Source: Candidatus Nanoarchaeia archaeon | GTDB lineage: Archaea; Nanobdellota; Nanobdellia; Woesearchaeales; SKIA01 | Direction: 5' to 3' | DNA: 64,000 nucleotides | Assembly: GCA_028279685.1 (NCBI GenBank) | Contig: JANQNG010000002.1 | Span: 76,144-140,143 of the forward strand | Shown: positions 26,944-36,053 of the stretch, one piece after another | Layout: each line of letters opens with the position of its first letter | Position numbering within the stretch: position 1 is the first letter of the stretch | The notes under the pieces: model-generated | What the model was told of the DNA's origin: nothing | The model's input: the letters and a program-made list of their open reading frames with translations, nothing else | Databases searched by the model: none | Translations under genes and position numbers: made by a program

Positions 26944-27390
26944 CTACCAAACTAATTTCACAATAAAAACAATAATTACTACAATACATCCATAAAATAT
27001 CAGATAATCAAAAATACCTCCACTTCTTAGGAATCCTCGTAGCCTTATTTTTGTAGGAAAAAGAACAATCCCCTGCCTTGTAAGTGAATCAAGCAGCAAA
27101 TGCGAAGCAAATCCTATTGTAAATCCGAGAAATACATCAAGATCACCAAGAACGACAAAGAACAACAGTGCAAATAACGCCCAGAAAAAAATCGAGTGAC
27201 AAATACCCCTATGCTCGAAAAGCCAGCTGAAAATTCTCACTCTTCTTCCAAGTATAGATCTTTGTTCGTCAAGATCAGGGACAAGACTTCCTAAAAGCAC
27301 AGCAGCAAAAAACCATAGATTCACATCAAAGAAAAAAACAGCAAGAACACCAAGCAGCAATCCAAAAAGAAGATGAGTTCTCCCTATCAT
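26944..27390 (-). CDS. membrane-bound metal-dependent hydrolase (YdjM/DUF457-like)
   Basis: MIGRTHLLFGLLLG...HRGICHS...SHLLLD motifs; four TM helices. Confidence 0.5.
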   Translation of the reverse strand: MIGRTHLLFGLLLGVLAVFFFDVNLWFFAAVLLGSLVPDLDEQRSILGRRVRIFSWLFEHRGICHSIFFWALFALLFFVVLGDLDVFLGFTIGFASHLLLDSLTRQGIVLFPTKIRLRGFLRSGGIFDYLIFYGCIVVIIVFIVKLVW

Positions 27391-27399
27391 ACAGGCACC

Positions 27400-27885
27400 T
27401 TACGTAACGCATTGAGGGATGTTATCATAAACAATTTTTTTCTCAGTGCAGATTCTTTCACCTTCGCTCGTCTTAAATCCTGGCACAAATGATATCTGCA
27501 AAGAGGAATCATCCTGTAGTGTGTAAGATATTTCCTCATTTGTCAATCTACCTACTTCAATACCTTCAGTAATTCTCCCATCAAAAAGATCAGGAGTGTT
27601 AGTGTCTATAACAGAATAATCAATGAAATCAAACGGCATTTCTCCTTGGTTTTCAAGAACAACTTTGATCGTGCTGATATCTCTCAAAATGCAGATAATA
27701 GGCATGCCTTCACTTAATCTTATCCCTACATTGATAGCATCACAAGAATAATCATCTCCAGGAGGATTTAACACATCATGGCTCCAATTCATAATCATCG
27801 TGCCTAACGCCACAGAAAAGGCTATTAACAATACCGTAGCAATCAACGGAGAAATACCTCTTTTCGATTTAGCTAAACGAACCAT
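27400..27885 (-). CDS. archaeal type IV pilin-like protein with class III signal peptide
   Basis: N-terminus MVRLAKSKRGISPLIATVLLIAFSVALGTMI matches the KRG-(I/L)SP-(V/L)IATVLL pilin signal. Confidence 0.65.
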   Translation of the reverse strand: MVRLAKSKRGISPLIATVLLIAFSVALGTMIMNWSHDVLNPPGDDYSCDAINVGIRLSEGMPIICILRDISTIKVVLENQGEMPFDFIDYSVIDTNTPDLFDGRITEGIEVGRLTNEEISYTLQDDSSLQISFVPGFKTSEGERICTEKKIVYDNIPQCVT

Positions 27886-27886
27886 T

Positions 27887-28234
27887 TTAATAAATTGGCT
27901 TTTCAGGTTTATAAATGTCCTCTTTTTTTTCTGCTTCGTTCACTGTGTCCCCTCCTGAACGCAACTTCGAAGAGAACTCTTTGACTTTGTCAGTAAAACG
28001 GCGAAGCAATTTTTTTTCTTTTATATCGCCGTTAAGCGAAAAATGTCTAAACTCATCTTCCGCTTCCGCTTCTCTATAATGATCAAGTGTCTCAAGAAAC
28101 GTTTTGATTTCATTAATAGCACCGTATATTTGGTGTTGCTTCTCAACATCAAGTTGCGCATCCTTATCTTCGAGCAAAGAAATCAATCTAATAAGTCTAT
28201 CTTTGTATTTCTTCCGAATTTCGGATATGGACAT
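27887..28234 (-). CDS. hypothetical protein
   Basis: 115-aa charged helical ORF in the operon with the pilin gene. Confidence 0.3.
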   Translation of the reverse strand: MSISEIRKKYKDRLIRLISLLEDKDAQLDVEKQHQIYGAINEIKTFLETLDHYREAEAEDEFRHFSLNGDIKEKKLLRRFTDKVKEFSSKLRSGGDTVNEAEKKEDIYKPEKPIY

Positions 28235-28235
28235 T

Positions 28236-28529
28236 TTATTGATTCACCTCTTGTCCTCTTGACTTATCGATGAAAAATTGCATACAGTCAAGCGCATCAA
28301 AGTATGCCTGTCTTCTGAGACTTTGATCGCCAAACTCAAGCTTGTAATATTCATCTTTGAGGATGTTGATATCATTACCACACACCGGGCAGATCTTCAT
28401 CTCTCCTGTGCTCAGCATCAGAAGCCTCTTATTTATTAACTTTTCCATATTACCTATGAGAAGATCTCTTTTAAGATTTTCTAATTCATCTTTTTCTAGA
28501 GTATGGATTAGTTTTCCTAGTTTGTTCAT
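28236..28529 (-). CDS. hypothetical protein with CPVCG zinc-ribbon-like motif
   Basis: 97-aa ORF; single CPVCG motif. Confidence 0.3.
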   Translation of the reverse strand: MNKLGKLIHTLEKDELENLKRDLLIGNMEKLINKRLLMLSTGEMKICPVCGNDINILKDEYYKLEFGDQSLRRQAYFDALDCMQFFIDKSRGQEVNQ

Positions 28530-29275
28530 TCTCCCACCTTCAATTTTGATAAAACATTTTCTTTTTCATATACAATATGGCACTGCTTAATTTTTGATGT
28601 GTAATAATGTTCATTCTTTGCCAATCCTTGAAGTACTTCATCTTCAGTATGATTCCAGAAGATCATTTCTCTTTCTTTTCCGTCGTATCTTGCAAGCTTT
28701 ATGTTGCTCATCTCTTTTCTTGCTTTCGTTACATCATCGATGATAGCAAGGTATTCTGTTTTTTTCGTATTATAAGAAAGAAGAGCTAGTCCTTTAAGGT
28801 GTACCCAGATGTGATCGTAAGTCCAAAACAATTTCTGAAGGAAATATACTTGCTCTTCCTTCATCTCGTCGGAAAAATCAGGATATTGAAGAAGTGCTGC
28901 GATAGAGAAAAGTACAATATCATGAACTGATTTTTTCAACGCAGCATCTGCCATAAAAATATCAGACATTGTTTTTAGTCGAGGATTTAACATGAAACTC
29001 TTCTTCACAGCAACACCATCACCAATAGTAACAAGCATACCATATCCTTGATCGAGACCATACAATGTCTTCGGTTTTCCTCTTTGATTGGTCTTTAATT
29101 TTCGTTTAGTAACCAATTTATAAGCGACAAGCAGACGGAGAAGCTGAGCCACATTAGCCGTTGAGGTATCTGTTTTTTTTGCTAGTTCACTCAAAGAACA
29201 TTCTTTTTTTGAAAGTTCTTTGAGAAGCAGCCATTTTGTTCCCGTAATCAAATCCTCAAATTCCATAAGATACAA
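28526..29275 (-). CDS. winged-HTH transcriptional regulator (N-terminal HTH, C-terminal unknown domain)
   Basis: N-terminal LSELAKKTDTSTANVAQLLRLLVAYKLV looks like an ArsR/MarR-type HTH. Confidence 0.45.
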   Translation of the reverse strand: MYLMEFEDLITGTKWLLLKELSKKECSLSELAKKTDTSTANVAQLLRLLVAYKLVTKRKLKTNQRGKPKTLYGLDQGYGMLVTIGDGVAVKKSFMLNPRLKTMSDIFMADAALKKSVHDIVLFSIAALLQYPDFSDEMKEEQVYFLQKLFWTYDHIWVHLKGLALLSYNTKKTEYLAIIDDVTKARKEMSNIKLARYDGKEREMIFWNHTEDEVLQGLAKNEHYYTSKIKQCHIVYEKENVLSKLKVGE

Positions 29276-29447
29276 GAGTTCTTTTAATATTTAAATATTT
29301 CGTTTCCCTAATTAATAAAATATTTAATATTTATAAAATTAATTAATTAATAAATTAATTATCCGAGAATAGATTTCAAGCATTATGTTTAGAAACATTT
29401 ATAAAGTACCGACCCATATTCTGTAGAAGAGTAGTTTCATTTAGGTA

Positions 29448-30746
29448 ATGAAAAATGGACTAGATTCAGCGTTTGGGGAACACAAACGTAGAGGTGTAAG
29501 TTTGAAAGTATTGATGTTTGGCTGGGAGTTCCCTCCGATCAAAAGCGGCGGATTAGGAACGGCGTGTTACGACCTTACGAAAGGATTATCGTGGAACAAT
29601 GTTGATGTAACATTCGTTATGCCCCACGCTCCCGATAATGCTGAAGTGGAATTCGTTAAGCTCATAGGTGCAGATAACTTCTCAAAAAAAGTACAAATCA
29701 AAAAAATAAAAACACTCCTAACACCGTATCTTAATTCACACGGTTACAGCGAAATCATTGCGCGATTTAAATTCGGAGATGGAAAAGGAAATGCTGACGT
29801 TTACGGAGAAAACATCTATCAAGAAGTGCAGCGACTGGCTGCTGTGGCACAAGAGATTGCAAATGAAGAGCATCACGACATCATTCATGCCCATGACTGG
29901 ATGACCTATGAAGCAGGCATTGAAGCAAGAAAAGCGTCAAACAAACCATTGGTTGTTCATATCCATGCAACAGAACATGATCGAACAGGAGGTAACCCTG
30001 ATCCTATGATTGCTGATATAGAATATCGCGGCATGATGGCGGCAGACCGCATCATCGCGAATAGTGAATGGACAAAACAAAACGTCATTCATCAATATCA
30101 AATCAACCCAGATAAAATTGATGTTGTGCACTGGGGAGTTGATTACGATAAACCAGAATATCACTTGAATCATGCTAGTCCATTCAAGAACGAGAAGCTT
30201 GTACTTTTCCTCGGACGTATTACCTTGCAGAAAGGTCCTGATTATTTCATCGAAGTTGCATCGAATGTGTTGAAATTCAACAAAAATGTTCGCTTCCTTA
30301 TTGCAGGATCAGGAGATATGACACCAAGAATTATCAACAGAGTAAATGAGCTTGGCATTTCAGACAAAGTAAATTTTGCAGGTTTCCTTAAAGGAGAACA
30401 TGTACACCGCGCATTTCAGATGGCTGATCTGTACGTAATGCCTTCTACTTCAGAGCCTTTTGGTATTGTTGCATTAGAGTCAATGAAGAATGGCACACCT
30501 ACTTTACTTTCAAAGCAATCAGGATGTTCAGAAGTTATTAAACATTCAATGAAAGCAGACTTCTGGGATATTAATCTCATGACTGACCAGATCGTCAGCT
30601 ATCTGAGATACAATTGCTTCCAGCAAGAACTTACAAAATACTCAGATAAAGAAGCGAAGAAATTTAACCTTAATGATCCTGCAAAAAAAACGCTGGCGAT
30701 TTACCAGAATGTATTACATCAGTGGTATAATCATTCAACAACATAA
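29448..30746 (+). CDS. GT-B fold glycosyltransferase, GlgA-like alpha-glucan (glycogen) synthase
   Basis: N-terminus KVLMFGWEFPPIKSGGLGTACYDL resembles the archaeal GlgA KVLLLGFEFLPVKVGGLAEV; C-terminal EPFGIVALESMKNGTPTL motif. Confidence 0.55.
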   Translation: MKNGLDSAFGEHKRRGVSLKVLMFGWEFPPIKSGGLGTACYDLTKGLSWNNVDVTFVMPHAPDNAEVEFVKLIGADNFSKKVQIKKIKTLLTPYLNSHGYSEIIARFKFGDGKGNADVYGENIYQEVQRLAAVAQEIANEEHHDIIHAHDWMTYEAGIEARKASNKPLVVHIHATEHDRTGGNPDPMIADIEYRGMMAADRIIANSEWTKQNVIHQYQINPDKIDVVHWGVDYDKPEYHLNHASPFKNEKLVLFLGRITLQKGPDYFIEVASNVLKFNKNVRFLIAGSGDMTPRIINRVNELGISDKVNFAGFLKGEHVHRAFQMADLYVMPSTSEPFGIVALESMKNGTPTLLSKQSGCSEVIKHSMKADFWDINLMTDQIVSYLRYNCFQQELTKYSDKEAKKFNLNDPAKKTLAIYQNVLHQWYNHSTT

Positions 30747-30810
30747 TTAAAGAAAAGGGGGGAGTAAGATAGACATTTGCTTTTACTTTCAAGTCCATCA
30801 GCCTTGGCGG

Positions 30811-31992
30811 ATGCGTCGCTATCAAGTATTTGATATTGGAGGAAATCACGACTATACTGATGACCAGAAAAACAAAGCTATTATGAAGAAAATCAGTGAA
30901 AAATGTTATCTGCCTATGAATAAACTTCTTCTTAAACTTATCAAGAAATATGATGGAGCGTTCAAGATATCATTCAGCATCACAGGAGTGTTTATCGATC
31001 AATGCAAGAAATATGCACCAGAAGTACTCGAAAGTTTCAGAGCGTTGGCTAAAACAGGTTGTGTTGAATTCCTTTGTGAGACTTATTATCACAGTCTTGC
31101 ATACCTTTACTCAAAAAAAGAATTCAAGCAACAAGTTGAAAAACATAAAAAACTCATTGAAAAAGAATTTGGCAAGACACCAAAAGTTTTTAGAAATACA
31201 GAGCTCGTATTCAACAACGATCTCGCAGAGACAGCAAAAGATCTCGGATTCGATGTCGTACTTGCAGAAGGAGCAGATCATATATTGAAAAAGAAAACAC
31301 CTAATGTAGTGTATACTGTAAACAACTGCAAAGTGCTATTAAAGAACTATAAACTCAGTGATGATATTGCATTCAGGTTCTCTAACAAAGATTGGGAACA
31401 TTATCCTTTGACACCTAAGAAGTTTGTATCTTGGATTGATGAAGAAGAAGGTGATGTAATCAATCTCTTTATGGATTACGAGACATTTGGTGAACATCAA
31501 TGGGAGGAATCAGGAATCTTCACTTTCATGGAATCTCTCTTTGGAGCGCTGCTGAAGAAACATAAATTCGTAACCATTAGTGAAGCATCAAAACACCATT
31601 CTAAAGGATCTCTTAATGTTCCTCGCTTTGTATCTTGGGCTGATATTGACAGAGACCTTACCGCATGGATTGGAAATCAAATGCAGGAGAACGCCATCAA
31701 AGAGTTGTATTTGCTGGAGAACCCAGTGAAAACAAGCAAAGATTTGGCATTGCTTGAGAGCTGGAGAAGACTTACGACAAGCGACCATTTCTACTATATG
31801 TGCACGAAATGGTTTAATGATGGCGACGTCCATAAGTACTTCAGCCCATATGAAAGCCCATATGAAGCATTTATCGCCTTCATGAATATACTCAATGATA
31901 TTATCATAAGGATAAAAGAGAAAAATATTAAAATACCAACCAATAGTTATATCATGAGTTCGTTGGAACAGGAAGCTTGGGGGGGATTTTAA
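30811..31992 (+). CDS. glycoside hydrolase family 57 protein (alpha-glucan-active)
   Basis: SFSITGVFIDQ... and MDYETFGEHQWEE resemble the GH57 HFSGPLLEWIEE and HDDGEKFG regions. Confidence 0.55.
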   Translation: MRRYQVFDIGGNHDYTDDQKNKAIMKKISEKCYLPMNKLLLKLIKKYDGAFKISFSITGVFIDQCKKYAPEVLESFRALAKTGCVEFLCETYYHSLAYLYSKKEFKQQVEKHKKLIEKEFGKTPKVFRNTELVFNNDLAETAKDLGFDVVLAEGADHILKKKTPNVVYTVNNCKVLLKNYKLSDDIAFRFSNKDWEHYPLTPKKFVSWIDEEEGDVINLFMDYETFGEHQWEESGIFTFMESLFGALLKKHKFVTISEASKHHSKGSLNVPRFVSWADIDRDLTAWIGNQMQENAIKELYLLENPVKTSKDLALLESWRRLTTSDHFYYMCTKWFNDGDVHKYFSPYESPYEAFIAFMNILNDIIIRIKEKNIKIPTNSYIMSSLEQEAWGGF

Positions 31993-32030
31993 AGACATCC
32001 AAGTGTTTACTAAAAAAGAGAGGTGAATTG

Positions 32031-32411
32031 ATGGCCGCTAAAAAATCATCCAAAAAATCTAAGAAAAAGAAGAAAGCTACTCCTAAAAAGAAAAAGAAGA
32101 GAAAAACCTCTGGCAAGAAGAAAAAGAAAACAAAATCTAAATCTTCGTTAAAAGCATCTGCAAATACCGATGAACATTTTGTGCTGCTTGATGGACGTAC
32201 ATTGCAGAACATTATGGATCTTGCCATTGCTCTGGAGAATATGGAGGATCATGTTTTTGGCCATCACGTTAATTCAAATAGAAATGACTTTGCGAATTGG
32301 ATACGACATGTTATGAGAGATGGTGAGCTCGCAGAACACATGTCTAATGCAAAACATAAGAACCATGCTTCGTGGATCATTTATCGTCACGTTGCCAAGA
32401 AGCTTTGGTGA
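32031..32411 (+). CDS. small protein: poly-Lys N-terminal tail plus conserved HHVN-NDF-WI domain (paralog A)
   Basis: Start ATG 32031 preceded by AGAGGTGA; C-terminal domain FGHHVNSNRNDFANWIRHVMRDGELAEHM. Confidence 0.4.
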   Translation: MAAKKSSKKSKKKKKATPKKKKKRKTSGKKKKKTKSKSSLKASANTDEHFVLLDGRTLQNIMDLAIALENMEDHVFGHHVNSNRNDFANWIRHVMRDGELAEHMSNAKHKNHASWIIYRHVAKKLW

Positions 32412-32441
32412 TTCATACTTAGTTAAAGAGGGGTGAAGTAT

Positions 32442-32966
32442 ATGCAATCAGTAGACGATCAACAAGCATTTAGATTCAATAATGGATTTTCTGCAAGAAA
32501 CATTACTGAACTAAAAAATTGTATAGAGGATTTGCCAATAGAAGATTTTGAGCATCATGTGAATAAAGAAGAGAACGATTTCTCGAAGTGGATTAAACTC
32601 TGTCTTCACGAACCTGTACTTGCAGATGAACTCTTAAGAACAAAATCGAAAGAGATTACCTTGCTTCTCTTGAAGGATTGGTTGCTGACTCATAAGGCCA
32701 AAAAGACACTTAATGAGCTGCATGAATCTCCATCAACAGGAGTAGAAATCAGCAATCTTGCCAAAAAACTTGAGAAAAAGCCGAAAGAAATGAAAATTGA
32801 GCTTCAGAAAAATACTACTGCTGATATTCCCAGGCCCAAATGTAAAAAACATAAGGACAAAGAACCTTCCATGAATACAGGATTGCTTGTAAAGGAATTT
32901 ATCTTCGGAATGATCATAGGACTTATCCTTGGTATTGTATTGATGAAGATTATTAGCTTATTCTAA
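32442..32966 (+). CDS. small protein with HHVN-NDF-WI domain and C-terminal TM helix (paralog B)
   Basis: FEHHVNKEENDFSKWIKLCLHEPVLADELL domain; C-terminal hydrophobic helix; RBS GAGGGGTGA before ATG 32442. Confidence 0.4.
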   Translation: MQSVDDQQAFRFNNGFSARNITELKNCIEDLPIEDFEHHVNKEENDFSKWIKLCLHEPVLADELLRTKSKEITLLLLKDWLLTHKAKKTLNELHESPSTGVEISNLAKKLEKKPKEMKIELQKNTTADIPRPKCKKHKDKEPSMNTGLLVKEFIFGMIIGLILGIVLMKIISLF

Positions 32967-32967
32967 G

Positions 32968-34725
32968 ATGAAATCCAACGCTGATGTATTATTTGAGTGC
33001 TCATGGGAAGTTTGCAATAAAGTGGGAGGCATCTACACTGTGTTGATGAGCAAAGCAGAATTGATGAAACAACACTATGCCCATTATTTTGTTATAGGCC
33101 CTTATTATGAACATCAGGCTGAAGTGGAATTTGAACAATGCAAACCACCAGAAATAATTGCAAGGATTTTTGAGGAACTTAAACAAGAAGGCATTATCTG
33201 CTATTTCGGAAAATGGCAAATCAAAGGAGAACCTTATACCATCCTTATCGATTTTGGCAGATGCATGCACCATGTTGATGAGATCAAAACACAACTTTGG
33301 GAGCATTTCCAAATTGAAGCGATGTTCTCAGGAAATGATTTCCACGAACCAATGATCTGGGCATGGTGCATAAGCAGAATACTTAAACGATATGCCGAAC
33401 TTAAGCCAGGGAAAATTGTAGGTCATTTCCATGAATGGCTTGCTGGTTTTGCAGGTCTTTTCTTAAAATCATCACCTGTGAGAACAGTGTTCACGACACA
33501 TGCTACTATGCTAGGAAGAACACTTTCAGCGCATAATTTCCCATTATATGATAAACTCGAGACAATCAATCCGCATGAAGAAGCCAAACGATTAAGAGTG
33601 CTTGACAAATTCAGTGTAGAAAGAGCTTGCGCCCAGCATAGTGATGTTTTTACCACCGTATCAGAGATTACTGCTATTGAAGCAGAACATATCCTTGGAA
33701 GAAAGCCTGATATACTTGTACTGAACGGACTTGATGTAACACAGTTTCCCACTACTGAAGAGGCTGCTTTAATTCATAGAAAATCTAGAGAAACTATTAG
33801 AGATTTCCTTGATTATTATTTCCTCAACAATTACTATATTGATCTTGATCAAACACTACTTTTCTTCGTTGTCGGAAGATATGAATTTGAGAATAAAGGT
33901 ATTGATATTATTATTGAAGCACTAGGAAAACTCAATAAAAAAATGAAGGAGAACAATAGCAAAAAAACAGTCATCTGCTTCTTCTGGATACCTGCTGAAC
34001 AACATGGCACAAGAACTGATCTTATGGAAGATAAAAGCACCTTTGACCGCATACGTGAACTTGTTGAAGACAGATCTGAAAGCATCAACAGAAAAATCAT
34101 AAGAAATATTATGGATCTAAATAAATTAAAACATGAAGACTTGTTCACAAAAGATTTCCTCCACGATATAAAAAAACAAGTGCAGCGTTTCAAGCGCAGT
34201 GGAAATCCTCCTCTGAGTACGCACCATGTACCTGATGACGACCCTATCATAAGACATTGTTTTGCCAATGGATTGACTAACGCTGAACAAGATAAAGTCA
34301 AGATCGTTAAATATCCTATCTATTTAACAGGAGCTGACGGATTGCTTGATCTTACTTACTATCAAGCCATAGCAGGCTGTCATTTAGGCTTATTTCCATC
34401 GCGATATGAACCTTGGGGATACACTCCTGTTGAAAGTGCTGCATATGGTGTTCCAGCAGTGACTACTGATCTTTCAGGATTTGGAAGATTTATGCAAAAA
34501 CGAGGGATAAGCGGCAAAGGCATCCATATTATTGATCGTTTCCGTAAAACAAGAGAGACTATTGTAACTCAATTTGTCAACTTGCTTTATACATATTCAA
34601 CATTCAAGCAAAAAGATAGAGTGGATCAAAAGATCAAAGCCAGAAAAGCTATAGAGCTTGTTGATTGGAAGGAGTTTGTCAAAAATTACATAGAAGCACA
34701 TAATTTGGCTCTGGAGAAGGAATGA
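32968..34725 (+). CDS. eukaryote-type (GT3 family) glycogen synthase
   Basis: LFECSWEVCNKVGGIYTVLMSKAELMKQHYAHYFVIGPYYEH...YFGKWQIKGEPYTILIDFG closely parallels the eukaryotic GSY N-terminus (FEVAWEVANKVGGIYTV...FLIGPY...GRWLIEGSPYVVLFDIG). Confidence 0.8.
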   Translation: MKSNADVLFECSWEVCNKVGGIYTVLMSKAELMKQHYAHYFVIGPYYEHQAEVEFEQCKPPEIIARIFEELKQEGIICYFGKWQIKGEPYTILIDFGRCMHHVDEIKTQLWEHFQIEAMFSGNDFHEPMIWAWCISRILKRYAELKPGKIVGHFHEWLAGFAGLFLKSSPVRTVFTTHATMLGRTLSAHNFPLYDKLETINPHEEAKRLRVLDKFSVERACAQHSDVFTTVSEITAIEAEHILGRKPDILVLNGLDVTQFPTTEEAALIHRKSRETIRDFLDYYFLNNYYIDLDQTLLFFVVGRYEFENKGIDIIIEALGKLNKKMKENNSKKTVICFFWIPAEQHGTRTDLMEDKSTFDRIRELVEDRSESINRKIIRNIMDLNKLKHEDLFTKDFLHDIKKQVQRFKRSGNPPLSTHHVPDDDPIIRHCFANGLTNAEQDKVKIVKYPIYLTGADGLLDLTYYQAIAGCHLGLFPSRYEPWGYTPVESAAYGVPAVTTDLSGFGRFMQKRGISGKGIHIIDRFRKTRETIVTQFVNLLYTYSTFKQKDRVDQKIKARKAIELVDWKEFVKNYIEAHNLALEKE

Positions 34726-34890
34726 ACTCCTCCCCTAATGTTGGATATCCTTTGGAGAGGAGTTCGACCAGAGGAGTCTATATCTAACAGGCTAAAGCTG
34801 TAGTATTGACTCCTCTGTGTATAAACAGAGAAACCCAAAAGATAAACTTTTTATATACCTGCTGTTGAAATATTATGAAAGAGGATTAAT

Positions 34891-35205
34891 ATGAAGAATG
34901 CCGTTTTTTTGCTGATGATGGTGATTCTGGCTAGTTTTGTTGCTGGATCAATATACGATGAAGACAAGACATTTCAAAGCGTATCTCAGCATTCAGGTAA
35001 CCCCTCATTCAGCATTCTGATGATCTTGATTGCAATTACTGCATTGCTCTATATCTATGTACTCCTCAAATGTGGTCTGCGACAGGACCGAGTAAAGTTC
35101 AAGATTGTCATGGGAGATCCTCCAAAGAAACACGAGTTAAAAAAGAAGCTCAACTACAAGCGAATGAAAACATCTGCAAAAAAGAAAATCAAGAAAAAAA
35201 AATAA
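34891..35205 (+). CDS. hypothetical small membrane protein with Lys-rich tail
   Basis: Two hydrophobic helices; KKKIKKKK C-terminus. Confidence 0.3.
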   Translation: MKNAVFLLMMVILASFVAGSIYDEDKTFQSVSQHSGNPSFSILMILIAITALLYIYVLLKCGLRQDRVKFKIVMGDPPKKHELKKKLNYKRMKTSAKKKIKKKK

Positions 35206-35309
35206 GATTTCTAACCCAAACCTTTATAAATGTCTTCTCGCCCAATAGATCTAAGGGGTGACTTACTAACATTATACAAGAACTAGAGATACATCAATGA
35301 GGTGACTGA

Positions 35310-36053
35310 ATGAAAGCAATAATATTAGCAGCGGGCTATGCCACACGATTATATCCTTTGACATTGGATAACCCCAAACCATTGCTTCCTGTAGGAGGAA
35401 GCCCTTTGTTAGATTACACATTAGATAAATTAGAAGAACTTGATGGCTTGGATGAAATATATGTCATAACAAATGATAAGTTCTATCCTAAGTTCAAGAT
35501 GTGGGCCGCAAAGCAAGAAAGATCATTCAATATCAAAATCATTAATGACTGTACTAAAACCAATGAAGATCGATTAGGAGCTGTCGGAGATACCTACTAC
35601 GTGATCAAACAAGAGAACATAGATGATGATCTCCTTCTTATAGCCGGAGACAATCTTTTTGAGTTTAGCCTCAAAGCAATGTATGCTATGTTCAAAGAAA
35701 AAAAGAAAACCGTCTTTGCATTATGTGACTTAAAAGACCCTGCAAAATTATCAAAAAAATTCGGTGTTGTTGAGATCAACGAAAATAATAAAGTGATTGG
35801 TTTTGAGGAGAAGCCTGAACAACCAAAGACAACATACGCTTCAACGGCATGCTATATTTTTTCAAAAGATGATCTGAGCAAACTTAAAGAGCTTGCAGAA
35901 AATGCACCTGATAACTTAGGGGAAATCATCATATTCTTGTACCAGAAATCAGAGGTTTTTGGAATTCCCTTCAAAGAAACATGGATTGACATAGGAAGCC
36001 TTGAACAGTACAAAGAAGCAGATAAGCTTTTTGCGGAGAGGAATACATCCTAA
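35310..36053 (+). CDS. sugar-1-phosphate nucleotidyltransferase (NDP-glucose pyrophosphorylase-like)
   Basis: MKAIILAAGYATRLYPLTLDNPKPLLPVGG signature of NTP-transferase family. Confidence 0.75.
   Translation: MKAIILAAGYATRLYPLTLDNPKPLLPVGGSPLLDYTLDKLEELDGLDEIYVITNDKFYPKFKMWAAKQERSFNIKIINDCTKTNEDRLGAVGDTYYVIKQENIDDDLLLIAGDNLFEFSLKAMYAMFKEKKKTVFALCDLKDPAKLSKKFGVVEINENNKVIGFEEKPEQPKTTYASTACYIFSKDDLSKLKELAENAPDNLGEIIIFLYQKSEVFGIPFKETWIDIGSLEQYKEADKLFAERNTS

Noticed and set aside
34726-34860. Possible tRNA in the spacer after the GT3 glycogen synthase (gagttcgacc resembles a T-loop)
   Set aside because: No complementary T-stem or acceptor stem. The region instead forms two simple hairpins (gaactcctc/gaggagttc and cagaggagtc/gactcctctg), likely transcription terminators.
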